DNA of 64,000 bases from an uncultured Bacteroidales bacterium (lineage in GTDB: Bacteria > Bacteroidota > Bacteroidia > Bacteroidales > G3-4614): contig CASFRS010000020.1 of the NCBI GenBank assembly GCA_949297125.1, positions 84,817-148,816 of the forward strand. The letters are read 5' to 3'. The position numbers were made by a program, and so were the translations under genes. Each line of letters opens with the position of its first letter. Position 1 is the first letter of the stretch. Positions 28,442 through 37,920 of this stretch are shown piece after piece. Under the pieces are notes generated by a model. It saw only the letters and a list, made by a program, of their open reading frames with translations, was not told the origin of the DNA and ran no database searches.

Positions 28442-30445
28442 ATGAAACTTTCAATAAAGATATTGATGTCGCTTGCATTTGCATTGGCAATGCTGCCGGC
28501 AATATCGAATGCCCAAAACATACGTGTAACCGGAGTTGTGCGTGGGAACAACGGCGAGCGGATTCCCGGAGCAACGATAAAGGATTTGGGAAACCAGAGA
28601 GTTGTAGGGACTACCGACGATGACGGAAGATACTCCTTGATAATATCGCCGAATGCGACGGTTGAGTTCTCGTGTATGGGATACTCGTCCGAGAAGGAAA
28701 AGATAAAAGGACGCCTGACTATAGACGTGGAGTTGCAGACTACCGCCAATGAAATGGAGGAGATAGTCGTAACGGCCAACCTTGTGGGGACCATAATATT
28801 CGAACCGTCGGAAATAGAGGTAGTGGGAAACTATTTCCATCTGCGTACCAGATTCAAGGTCCCGTCGGCCATCATGTCGAGCGACAAGAGACTTGTTGTC
28901 CAACCTACCATATACAACGTTACCCGCAGGAAAACATTCTTCCTCCGTCCGGTAGTGTCAGACGGCCGCGAATATTTATTGACGCAAGACAGGATGTACG
29001 GTTTCGATTTGAGCCGCGATACCCTCTCCCCCTATATCCAGAAGAGCCAGATGTCCCGTCAGGGAGAGATAATAGCGTATCACGATTCGGCGTATATTGA
29101 AAACAACCGCGACGATTACCGTGCAGATGTTTTCATGTCGATAGAGGACTACAAAAAGATTATAAACGTAGATACCATATCTATAGCTCACGGAACCGTG
29201 AACCCGTTGCGGTTTTTCGATTACAACCTCGGGGCCCGCGACTTGACCGATTCGGCATATATCCCCAAACCGGAATTGCAGCTGAGGAACGATAAGGGGG
29301 AAGTAAACCTTACGTACCTGCCCGGTAAAGCCCAAATAGACGAGAGCGACCCTGAGAACGTAAGACAGCTTGAGATGCTCGGCAAAAGAATAACCTCGCT
29401 CGAGTCGAACCCCGATGCACGCCTCGAATCGGTTGCCATCAGCGGAGTTTCGTCCCCTGACGGGCGTTATGCGAGCAACGTGGTGCTGGCCAAGGAGCGT
29501 ATGGCGACAGCACGCGACAGGATACTTTCCTATGTAAGTCCCGAGCGCAGGGAGTTTCTTTCGGTAGTGTCCGATTCAAAAGTGGAAAACTGGGAACCCG
29601 TATACGAGATGATGGTAAGGGACTCGCTTACCGATAAAGCCGCCGAGGTGCGGGCCATAATAAACCGTTACCCCGACAGCCCCGACAGGCAGTTCTTGGC
29701 TATCAGCCGCCTGCCGTATTACAGAAGCCTCATAGTACCGAAGTATCTGCCGGAACTCAGGCGCGTCGAATACAACTTCGGGTACTCCATATACAGGGTC
29801 CTGACAGATGATGAGATTGAAGAACTGTACAAAAAGGACTATTCGTCGTTCTCCCGTTACGAGTTTTACCGCATGTTCATGCGGGCAAAGGACGACGTTG
29901 AGCGTGAAACCCTTTACAAGCAGGCTTTGGAAATGTACCCGAGGTTTATGCTTGCGGCCAACAACCTTGCGGCCTTGTATATAAGGCAAGGGCGTTCCGA
30001 CGAGAATCTTCTCAAGCCGTTCATAAACGAAAATGCTCCCGAAGAGGTCCTCTCCAATCAGATAGTGGCATACCTCGACCGCTGGAAATACGACAGCGCC
30101 GATTCGGTGGCGATGCTCATGAAAGAGACGGAGACGTCGGAATACATAAGGTCGGTAACGGATGCCTTGAACGGAAACTATGAAGAGGCACTGCAGACTT
30201 TCGGGGCGCAGGGCGGCATAAACGAGATTGTGCTGCTTTTGGCAATGAAGCGCAATGACGAAGCATGGGAGAAGGCCGAAGAGCTCCCCGACGAATCGGC
30301 AAGGGTAATGTACGTGAAAGCAATAATCGCAAACAGGCTCGACAAGGTCGTAGAGGCCATAAACTATATAGAAACGGCATTGGAAATGGATCCGTCATTG
30401 CGTGAAATAGCTGAAATAGATGCCGATGTAAAAGATTTGTTATAG
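28442..30445 (+). CDS. Secreted multidomain protein: CarboxypepD_reg-like N-domain, DUF3868-like core with an OmpA-like remnant motif, and C-terminal TPR repeats
   Basis: Signal peptide ...LPAISNAQN. IRVTGVVRGNNGERIPGATIKD...GRYSLIISPNATVEFSCMGY is a SusC-type N-extension. RLVVQPTIYNVTRRKTFFLRPVVSDGREY and ISGVSSPDGRYASNVVLAKERMATARDRI are DUF3868/OmpA-like. The tail is TPR-like. Confidence 0.6.
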   Translation: MKLSIKILMSLAFALAMLPAISNAQNIRVTGVVRGNNGERIPGATIKDLGNQRVVGTTDDDGRYSLIISPNATVEFSCMGYSSEKEKIKGRLTIDVELQTTANEMEEIVVTANLVGTIIFEPSEIEVVGNYFHLRTRFKVPSAIMSSDKRLVVQPTIYNVTRRKTFFLRPVVSDGREYLLTQDRMYGFDLSRDTLSPYIQKSQMSRQGEIIAYHDSAYIENNRDDYRADVFMSIEDYKKIINVDTISIAHGTVNPLRFFDYNLGARDLTDSAYIPKPELQLRNDKGEVNLTYLPGKAQIDESDPENVRQLEMLGKRITSLESNPDARLESVAISGVSSPDGRYASNVVLAKERMATARDRILSYVSPERREFLSVVSDSKVENWEPVYEMMVRDSLTDKAAEVRAIINRYPDSPDRQFLAISRLPYYRSLIVPKYLPELRRVEYNFGYSIYRVLTDDEIEELYKKDYSSFSRYEFYRMFMRAKDDVERETLYKQALEMYPRFMLAANNLAALYIRQGRSDENLLKPFINENAPEEVLSNQIVAYLDRWKYDSADSVAMLMKETETSEYIRSVTDALNGNYEEALQTFGAQGGINEIVLLLAMKRNDEAWEKAEELPDESARVMYVKAIIANRLDKVVEAINYIETALEMDPSLREIAEIDADVKDLL

Positions 30446-30449
30446 AGAG

Positions 30450-33329
30450 ATGAAGAATAGATATAAAAAAACCGGAATGATAAACACAAAACGGATATCG
30501 GCATATATCCTGTTCGTATGTTTTGCCGTATCCGGAGCAACCGCCCAGTTCAATGCTCTCGACTATCGTTTGCAGAAACGTCCGAGATTGGAAAAATTCG
30601 ACTCGGATAATTTCTTCGACAATACTTTCGTAAGCGGATCATTCGGTGTGCAGTTCAATACATCGGGCAACAAGGCGGCAAGAGATGCCGGGCCGGTAGC
30701 GCGTTACTACTTCGGCAAATGGTTTACCCCTGTCATAGGTGCCCGTTTCGGTTTGGACATGTCGATATTGAGTAACGAAGGGTACAGCACCCATGCACTG
30801 TTCGGTTTCAATCTCGATTATCTGGCAAACATAAGTGCGTTTGTTGCCGGATATGACCCAGACAGGCTCTTTGACCTGTACGGTTTCGTAGGCGCAACCT
30901 ACAAGCGTTCTTTCCGGTACGGATACGGGACCAATCTGTTTGGCGGCTCTTTCGGACTGCAGGGTAATTTCAATATCAACAGGCTGATAAGCGTATATCT
31001 GGAACCGCGTGTTACAATAGCAAATGACGGCTACAACGAACGCTACGTAGAGCGCAAGTTCGATGTACTGCCCGAAGTCTCCGTCGGCCTTGCCTACAAG
31101 ATGCAGCCCCTGCCGCGCACGTACGTAACCAAAGCGGAGAAGACGACCTTTAAGGAGAACATCTTTTTCTCGTTTGGAGCAGGTATACAGCGTCCCCTTT
31201 CAAATATGGCGCCCATATATGCAAATGAAATAAAACTCGGCCCGGCAGGAATGATTGCATTCGGAGGCTGGTTCAAGCACGTGCATGGTGTCAGACTTTC
31301 CGCATACGCAGGTTATGCCGATTATTCCGGCGAAAATCTGGTGAGCGACAACAAACTGGGTTCAGCCATATTGCGTGCCGACTATATGATAAATTACAGC
31401 AATGTGTTCGGCGGATATGACGAGGGCCGGCTCTTCGACCTGATAGGGACGTTCGGTCCCGAACTGGCTTTCTCCGGACAGACCGGAACGAAATGGAAAA
31501 TGTCGGCAGGTTTGGGTATCGGGTTGCAGGGCAACTTCAGGATAACCCCGGCGCTGGATATATTCTTAGAGCCGCGTATCTCTTTCTATACCACCAACTA
31601 CACCAACGGGAACATAAACCGTTACGACTCGAACGCATCCTTGCTTATGGGTCTGACCTATCACAGTGTGGCAAAGGAGTACAGGAAAGACAATGACGAA
31701 TTTGAGAAGAAATCGGTTGCGGACCGGATGTTCGTCTCCATATCGGCCGGTGCAGGAGCCAGATTCTCCCGTATAAAAGAAAACCTCAACGGAGGGAACA
31801 ACCTTGCCGGGAAAGTAACCATCGGGCTCGGCACCTGGTTTACTCCGGTATCCGGTATCCAGATTACGGGGGGGACGCTGCTGTACGGGACCAATTACGA
31901 CTATGGTGCGTATTACCGGGCGAGAAACCTGTTGCTGGGAGTGGATTACCTCTTCAACATGACAAATGCCGTACGCGGATACAAGGATGACCGCTTCTTT
32001 GAGTTGATAGCTGCCGGAGGAATAGGCGTAATGTATAATCACAGCATATTCCGCCCCGTGCTGCAAACTTCGATGAAAGCGAACTTCAACCTGAAAAAGA
32101 ACTGGAGCGTATTCGTAGAGCCTCAGGCATTGTGGGCAATGCAGCGGGGTATCCTGACGGGTTCGGTATCGACACGAAAGTCGGTCATGTTGACGGGAAG
32201 TATAGGAACATCGTACAGTATGCGCGGATACGACCCTGTTTCGCTCTACGCATATAAGGAAGGGGAAGGCTCCAACATGTTTTTCTCCATTGCCGGAGGA
32301 TTCGGCGGGATAATCGATAACGGGATGTTCAGCAATCTGAAGGAGAAGATTTCCCCTGCCGGACGCCTGTCGTTAGGAAACTGGGTTACGCCCCTTGCCG
32401 GTTGGCGTTTGAGTTTCATGAGCGAACGGATAAAGCAGACCCGTACGGAAAACTACATAACGCATGGAGGAATAGGCGGGGAGTTTATGCTCAACCTCAC
32501 CAATGCGGCAATAGGTTATAACCCCGACAGGTTCTTCAACATGTATGCAATGGCCGGTGTGCATGCCGGGTTCTCCATTGTAGACCACAGCATGCGTTTC
32601 ATCCCCGGTTTTACCGGAGGTGTGCAGGCTTCATTCAAGGTAGCTCCCAGTTTCAGCCTTTTCCTCGAACCCCAGCTTGCGATATATCTGAATAAGTTCG
32701 ACGGGGAGAACCGGCAGAAATCGGTAGGGATGATATATGCCGGTCTGACCTACTCCATAAACAAGCGGGACAGGTATGCAAAAGAGATAGATGCACGCCT
32801 CGATAAGCCCAATTTCATCTCTGTCGGTGGCGGGATAGGGTTGTGGGGAAACACCCTTATGTCGTCGTTCGGAGGTTTCAAGGACAAACTTGTCTATTCG
32901 GCCGATATGGCATACGGACGCTGGATAACGCCGGTGCACGGTTTCAGGTTGAATGCCGAATATACCAGAATATACAAGCCGTACCAGTATGTAGGGGAAA
33001 AGATAGATATGATATCGGGTCGGGCCGACTACATGTTGAACCTTACCAATATGTTTGCCGGCAACAACGACAGCCGTCTGTTCGAGGCAATAGCATTCGT
33101 CGGGGCAGGTGCCGTTGCGCCAGTAAAGAAGAGCGACGATTACCGCGACCTCAAGGTTACGTATACGGCGGCGTTCGGCCTTCAGGCAAAATTCAACCTG
33201 TCCGACAGGTTCGATATATTCATCGAGCCTAAGGGAACATTCTACGGAGATGCCGTGGACGGGTATTCCTCAAGGGCGAAATTCGATGCTACGGCATCGG
33301 TCCTTGCAGGTTTCAACTGCAAGTTCTGA
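30450..33329 (+). CDS. Secreted 959-aa protein composed of five tandem 8-strand beta-barrel-like (OMP_b-brl-type) modules
   Basis: Signal peptide KRISAYILFVCFAVSGATAQ. Five colinear repeats share the W.TP..G.R, DY..N.(S/T)N...GY...R.F and GLQ..F......(I/V/L)(F/Y)(L/V/I)EP motifs. The protein ends ...GFNCKF, a C-terminal Phe. Confidence 0.6.
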   Translation: MKNRYKKTGMINTKRISAYILFVCFAVSGATAQFNALDYRLQKRPRLEKFDSDNFFDNTFVSGSFGVQFNTSGNKAARDAGPVARYYFGKWFTPVIGARFGLDMSILSNEGYSTHALFGFNLDYLANISAFVAGYDPDRLFDLYGFVGATYKRSFRYGYGTNLFGGSFGLQGNFNINRLISVYLEPRVTIANDGYNERYVERKFDVLPEVSVGLAYKMQPLPRTYVTKAEKTTFKENIFFSFGAGIQRPLSNMAPIYANEIKLGPAGMIAFGGWFKHVHGVRLSAYAGYADYSGENLVSDNKLGSAILRADYMINYSNVFGGYDEGRLFDLIGTFGPELAFSGQTGTKWKMSAGLGIGLQGNFRITPALDIFLEPRISFYTTNYTNGNINRYDSNASLLMGLTYHSVAKEYRKDNDEFEKKSVADRMFVSISAGAGARFSRIKENLNGGNNLAGKVTIGLGTWFTPVSGIQITGGTLLYGTNYDYGAYYRARNLLLGVDYLFNMTNAVRGYKDDRFFELIAAGGIGVMYNHSIFRPVLQTSMKANFNLKKNWSVFVEPQALWAMQRGILTGSVSTRKSVMLTGSIGTSYSMRGYDPVSLYAYKEGEGSNMFFSIAGGFGGIIDNGMFSNLKEKISPAGRLSLGNWVTPLAGWRLSFMSERIKQTRTENYITHGGIGGEFMLNLTNAAIGYNPDRFFNMYAMAGVHAGFSIVDHSMRFIPGFTGGVQASFKVAPSFSLFLEPQLAIYLNKFDGENRQKSVGMIYAGLTYSINKRDRYAKEIDARLDKPNFISVGGGIGLWGNTLMSSFGGFKDKLVYSADMAYGRWITPVHGFRLNAEYTRIYKPYQYVGEKIDMISGRADYMLNLTNMFAGNNDSRLFEAIAFVGAGAVAPVKKSDDYRDLKVTYTAAFGLQAKFNLSDRFDIFIEPKGTFYGDAVDGYSSRAKFDATASVLAGFNCKF
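30621..33326 (+). repeat. Five tandem protein-level repeats (~500-550 nt period) inside the 959-aa ORF
   Basis: Repeat units at about 30621-31100, 31158-31664, 31725-32219, 32274-32759 and 32811-33326, each carrying the same ordered motif set. Confidence 0.8.
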
Positions 33330-33389
33330 CAACATAAACAATCGCCTGCATTCCCGGAAATCAGGAAGAGGGTGCGTGTTATATAAGAA

Positions 33390-33435
33390 GCGTTGCCCGC
33401 ATGTGAAAATTTCTCGCATGCGGGCAACGCTTTTT
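33390..33435 (+). terminator. Rho-independent terminator of the DUF3575 three-gene locus
   Basis: GCGTTGCCCGCATG (33390-33403) pairs perfectly with CATGCGGGCAACGC (33417-33430), followed by TTTTT. Confidence 0.85.
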
Positions 33436-33538
33436 CCGCGTATCCTGTCAGTTTTCCTTTTGCAAACAATCTTCCCTTAAGGTTGTTGTTTTATATGCAG
33501 GAATGTACAAGAATACTGTTTTAATACACGGCAGATAA

Positions 33539-33754
33539 ATGAAACGGATATTGGCCCCGGTATTCGATTTTTATATCGAAGGGTTCAGAAGCATGACGAC
33601 AGGTAAAATATTATGGACTATAATCCTTGTGAAACTGGCTATAATGTTTTTTATAATCTGGCCTGTCTGTAATGCCGGTGTACCTCCCGGACGGCGGACG
33701 GCAGAGGGAAATTCCGTGCAGATATATGAAGAACTGGTAGAAAGATGCAGATAA
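33539..33754 (+). CDS. DUF4492 small membrane protein (precedes cydA in Bacteroidetes)
   Basis: MKRILAPVFDFYIEGFRSMTTGKILWTIILVKLAIMFFII. Ends 5 nt upstream of cydA. Confidence 0.75.
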   Translation: MKRILAPVFDFYIEGFRSMTTGKILWTIILVKLAIMFFIIWPVCNAGVPPGRRTAEGNSVQIYEELVERCR

Positions 33755-33758
33755 GATT

Positions 33759-35333
33759 ATGAGCGATTTATTCCCGTTAGTAGATATGTCGCGGGCGCAG
33801 TTTGCACTAACTGCATTGTACCACTGGCTGTTTGTCCCGCTGACATTGGGCCTCTCCCTTATAATAGCCATAATGGAGACCATATATTACCGTACAGGCA
33901 ACGAAGAGTGGAAGAGAACAGAGAAGTTCTGGATGACGCTGTTCGGTATAAATTTTGCAATCGGCGTCGCTACCGGGATAATCCTTGAATTCCAGTTCGG
34001 TACGAACTGGTCCAATTACAGCTGGTTCGTGGGCGACATATTCGGTGCCCCGCTTGCCATAGAGGGCATAATGGCCTTCTTTATGGAATCCACTTTTATA
34101 GCCATAATGTTTTTCGGCTGGGACAAGGTAGGCAGGAGGACGCATCTTGCGGCAACGTGGCTTACCTGCATAGGCGCATCCCTCTCCGCATTGTGGATAC
34201 TCGTGGCAAACGCATGGATGCAGTATCCTGCCGGGATGTATTTCAACCCCGATACTGTAAGGAATGAAATGTACAGCTTTGCCGATGTAGTGTTTTCCCC
34301 GGTTGCAATCAACAAGTTCTTCCACTCGGTAACGTCCGGCTGGGTATTGGCTTCCATATTCGTATTGTCCGTATCGGCGTGGTACCTTATAAAAAAGCGG
34401 GAAACGGAACTGGCCCTGCGCAGTTCCAGGCTTGCCGCCCTTGTAGGGCTTGCCGGAATATGTATAGTCTTTTATACCGGCGACGGGTCGGCAAAACAGG
34501 TAGCGCAGAAACAACCCATGAAACTTGCGGCAATGGAAGGAATATACGACGGTAAAAGAGGGCAGGGGCTTATCGCATTCGGCATATTGAATCCTGACAA
34601 GACCTTCTTGAACGATTCTCTGCCGACATTCCTTTTCAAGATAGAAATACCCCGGTTGCTGTCATACCTTGCCACCGGTTCGTCCGGCGGGTTTGTCCCT
34701 GGAATCAACAATATAATAGAAGGCGGATATAAGGCTCGCAATCCGTTTACGGGCGATACTGTAACGGCCCTTTCGGCGGCCGAACGGATAAAAACGGGCA
34801 AAATTGCCGTCCGGGCCTTGCGGGAATACAAAAAGGCCGTGTCGGAAAACGATACTGCGGCCGCGGCCGCAGCAGCTGACAGGCTGCAACGCAACTATAA
34901 CAGTTTCGGATATGCCTACATAACCGATACAGCACAGCTTGTACCCTCCGTGCCGCTTGTATTTTATTCGTTCCATATAATGTTCACATTGGGAATATAC
35001 CTGTTCATCATATTCCTTTCCGTACTCCTTTTCATATACAGGCGCAATTATGTACGCTTAAAACCGCTGCTCTACATTGTTCTCTTTTCGTTGCCGTTAG
35101 GTTATGTTTGTCTTGAAACGGGGTGGATAGTGGCGGAAGTTGGCCGTCAGCCGTGGGTAATACAAGATATCATGCCCACGTATGCGGCAATATCCGATAT
35201 AAACGTAAAAAGCGTAACAGCCACATTCTGGATATTTGCGATATTCTTTACCGTACTGCTGGCGGCCGAAGCAGGAATAATGCTGAACCAGATAAAAAAG
35301 GGCCCTGCCCGAAAAACCGGAAACCATGATTGA
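33759..35333 (+). CDS. cydA: Cytochrome bd ubiquinol oxidase subunit I
   Basis: LSRAQFALTALYHWLFVPLTLG and EFQFGTNW. 524 aa with multiple TM helices. Confidence 0.95.
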   Translation: MSDLFPLVDMSRAQFALTALYHWLFVPLTLGLSLIIAIMETIYYRTGNEEWKRTEKFWMTLFGINFAIGVATGIILEFQFGTNWSNYSWFVGDIFGAPLAIEGIMAFFMESTFIAIMFFGWDKVGRRTHLAATWLTCIGASLSALWILVANAWMQYPAGMYFNPDTVRNEMYSFADVVFSPVAINKFFHSVTSGWVLASIFVLSVSAWYLIKKRETELALRSSRLAALVGLAGICIVFYTGDGSAKQVAQKQPMKLAAMEGIYDGKRGQGLIAFGILNPDKTFLNDSLPTFLFKIEIPRLLSYLATGSSGGFVPGINNIIEGGYKARNPFTGDTVTALSAAERIKTGKIAVRALREYKKAVSENDTAAAAAAADRLQRNYNSFGYAYITDTAQLVPSVPLVFYSFHIMFTLGIYLFIIFLSVLLFIYRRNYVRLKPLLYIVLFSLPLGYVCLETGWIVAEVGRQPWVIQDIMPTYAAISDINVKSVTATFWIFAIFFTVLLAAEAGIMLNQIKKGPARKTGNHD

Positions 35334-36477
35334 CTCCATTTCCTTCTACCAGCATTACTGGTGGTTTATAATTTCGTTGCTGGCTTCGCTGCTGGTATTT
35401 CTGCTGTTCGTACAAGGAGGGCAGACGCTTGTAAGAGAGTTGGGGCGTACCGATACGGAGCGTTCCATGATAATAAGCTCTCTGGGACGTAAATGGGAAC
35501 TGACATTTACCACCCTTGTCGTATTCGGCGGTGCATTCTTTGCCTCCTTCCCGCTTTTCTATTCCACCAGTTTCGGCGGTGCATACTGGCTGTGGATGAC
35601 AATGCTTTTCAGTTTCATATTGCAGGCCGTATCGTACGAGTTCCGTTCCCGCAAGGGGAACCTGCTGGGTACGGGGGTATACGACATGTTCCTGTATGTA
35701 AACGGGTTTGTCGGTACTTTCCTGCTCGGGGTTGCCGTAGCCTCATTTTTTACAGGAAACGACTTCTGTATAAACCGCAACAATATCATGCAGCAGAATG
35801 CTCCGGTAATATCGGTGTGGCAGAATCCGCTGCACGGGCTGGAGTCCATAATATCCCCGCTTAACGCCATTGCGGGTTTTACGGTTTTTTTCCTTTCCCG
35901 GATAGAGGCATCGCTCTACTTTGCGGCCAACATCGGTTCACCCGCTATCCGTTCGCGTATAAACACGCAATTGTATCGCGACGGTCTGCCGTTTCTTTTG
36001 TTTTTCATAATGTTCGTTGTTGCGGTGTTTACAAAAGATGGTTGCAGAACCGATCCGTACAGCGGAGTACAGACATTGGAAAAATTCAGGTATCTGAAAA
36101 ACATGCTGGAAATGCCGTGGAATCTGTGCCTGTTTTCATTCGGGACGGTATCGGTAATATTGTCCGTAATACTGACCCTGTCAGTCCCTCGCTTCAAACG
36201 GGGAATCTGGCTGTGCGGTGCCGGGACGCTGGCAGTGGTTTTGTCGCTGATGTTTGCGGCGGGGTATAACAACACCCCATATTACCCCTCCTCTGCCGAT
36301 ATACAGTCATCGCTGACCATTTATAACAGTTCTTCCAGCCTTTTTACGCTGAAAGTAATGAGTGCGGTATCATTACTGATACCGGTAGTGGCGGCATATA
36401 TATTTGCCGCGTGGAAAGCCATGGATAAGAGCCCTATTACCGAACAGGAGATAAAACAGGGAGAAGACGGATACTGA
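35326..36477 (+). CDS. cydB: Cytochrome bd ubiquinol oxidase subunit II
   Basis: Overlaps the cydA stop. 383-aa polytopic membrane protein with a CydB-like N-terminus YQHYWWFIISLL. Confidence 0.9.
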   Translation: MIDSISFYQHYWWFIISLLASLLVFLLFVQGGQTLVRELGRTDTERSMIISSLGRKWELTFTTLVVFGGAFFASFPLFYSTSFGGAYWLWMTMLFSFILQAVSYEFRSRKGNLLGTGVYDMFLYVNGFVGTFLLGVAVASFFTGNDFCINRNNIMQQNAPVISVWQNPLHGLESIISPLNAIAGFTVFFLSRIEASLYFAANIGSPAIRSRINTQLYRDGLPFLLFFIMFVVAVFTKDGCRTDPYSGVQTLEKFRYLKNMLEMPWNLCLFSFGTVSVILSVILTLSVPRFKRGIWLCGAGTLAVVLSLMFAAGYNNTPYYPSSADIQSSLTIYNSSSSLFTLKVMSAVSLLIPVVAAYIFAAWKAMDKSPITEQEIKQGEDGY

Positions 36478-36519
36478 TCCGTCCTCTCCCTTGGAATTTT
36501 CATGCGTTTTCCGGTATAA

Positions 36520-37143
36520 TCAGAATTTTACTCTGACGCCGGCAATAGCACTTCCGGCATTGCCTATTCCGGCTTCCATGAAGAATGCAGTTTTCTTGCC
36601 GACTTCAATGCCTATCGGCGAGAACTGGTATGCAAGCATGAAATCGGTATTGCATTTCCTTTCCGTAAGACCTGGGGTGCTGCCGGTATGTACGGCGTTG
36701 TAAAAATCGATACAAAGGCCTACCCCTACGGTGGTGTACAGCGTAAACTTTTCTTTCTCAATCCAGTTGAGTTTTACTTTGGGCATTATGCTCAAAAAGT
36801 TGTTGCATTCATTTTCTACAAAAGTATTGTTGTAGTTGAATGTAACATCCTTTTTGGAATAGGCATATATCACGCCTACGCCCAAACCTATCCTTTTGTT
36901 GAGCCTGAAGTTGTAATCGAGGTTTACTGCGCCGTAATGCGAACTGTTGGAGCGGTTGAGCGATTTGAAGTCGTCAGGATAATCAACTGCGTTGGTAAAT
37001 GCTCCGGCCCACTCCGAAACAGGCATTACGCCGTATCCTATCGAAAACTCATGGCGGTCAATATTCTTGTCCCGCGTTTTTGCGGCAGCACCCTGGCATA
37101 ACAGCAGTGCGACAACCGCCGATAACAGGAAATATCTGTTCAT
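36520..37143 (-). CDS. Small outer-membrane beta-barrel protein (porin-family / OmpW-like)
   Basis: Signal peptide MNRYFLLSAVVALLLCQGAAA, alternating beta-strand pattern, C-terminal ...GVRVKF. Confidence 0.7.
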   Translation of the reverse strand: MNRYFLLSAVVALLLCQGAAAKTRDKNIDRHEFSIGYGVMPVSEWAGAFTNAVDYPDDFKSLNRSNSSHYGAVNLDYNFRLNKRIGLGVGVIYAYSKKDVTFNYNNTFVENECNNFLSIMPKVKLNWIEKEKFTLYTTVGVGLCIDFYNAVHTGSTPGLTERKCNTDFMLAYQFSPIGIEVGKKTAFFMEAGIGNAGSAIAGVRVKF

Positions 37144-37509
37144 TTTACAATACGAATATCAAGTTAGTAAATATCTGTCTGCATACAACAAGGCATACGG
37201 GCGTCAGCCTTGCAGCCGGCAGCCCGATACACTACAAATATATGTATTTTACCACTCCCGTACAAAATAAAAAAACAAAGAAGCAGATACTTTAAACATA
37301 TGAAAGAATAATTTACTATCTTCGCAGTAACGCGTGGGAAAAGTCCGTGAAGAAAGGCGTCAGTACGGCGAAATCATGAAAAAAGTCCAGCGGGCGGGAG
37401 GTGCGTCCGATGCGGCAACAGATGCGGAACACCGGTGCACTATCGTGTACAGGCCCCGAAAAAGGGATGGCGTTCATGCCCCGTTCATATATAAGTTACG
37501 AAAGGAACA

Positions 37510-37920
37510 ATGCTCGATAAAGTAAAGCTCATATCTCTTCCCAAAGTAGAAGATTCCCGCGGGAACCTCTCCGTAATAGAAGAGAACATAAACGTGCCGT
37601 TTGCCATAAAAAGGGCATACTGGATATACGACGTACCCGGCGGGCAGAAGCGTTTCGGGCATGCCTTCAAGAAACAGCACGAGTTTATAGTAGCCCTTTC
37701 CGGCAGTTTCGACGTGATACTCAACGACGGGACGGAAGAAAAGGTGTATCCTCTCAACCGTTCCTATTACGGTATATACATACCCAACCTTATATGGCGC
37801 CGCATAGAGAATTTTTCCACAAACTCTGTGGCCATGGTGTTGTCATCGTCAAGATACGATGAAAGCGATTATATGGAAGATTACGGCGAATATGTAGAAT
37901 ACCTTAAAAATCAAGAATGA
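37510..37920 (+). CDS. WxcM/FdtA-like cupin (sugar 3,4-ketoisomerase family), divergent copy
   Basis: DSRGNLSVIE...PFAIKRAYWIYDVPGGQKRFGHAFKKQ...GSFDV fits the FdtA pattern, but GHAF replaces GHAH. Confidence 0.8.
   Translation: MLDKVKLISLPKVEDSRGNLSVIEENINVPFAIKRAYWIYDVPGGQKRFGHAFKKQHEFIVALSGSFDVILNDGTEEKVYPLNRSYYGIYIPNLIWRRIENFSTNSVAMVLSSSRYDESDYMEDYGEYVEYLKNQE

Noticed and set aside
37334-37525. A small ORF (63 aa from GTG, or 49 aa from the ATG at 37376) and a possible riboswitch-like leader upstream of the FdtA pair.
   Set aside because: The translation is Arg/Lys-rich without hydrophobic core periodicity, and it overlaps the fdtA-like start out of frame. I could not match the leader to any riboswitch consensus (TPP, SAM, B12, FMN, glycine, lysine). 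It is kept only as an unexplained spacer.
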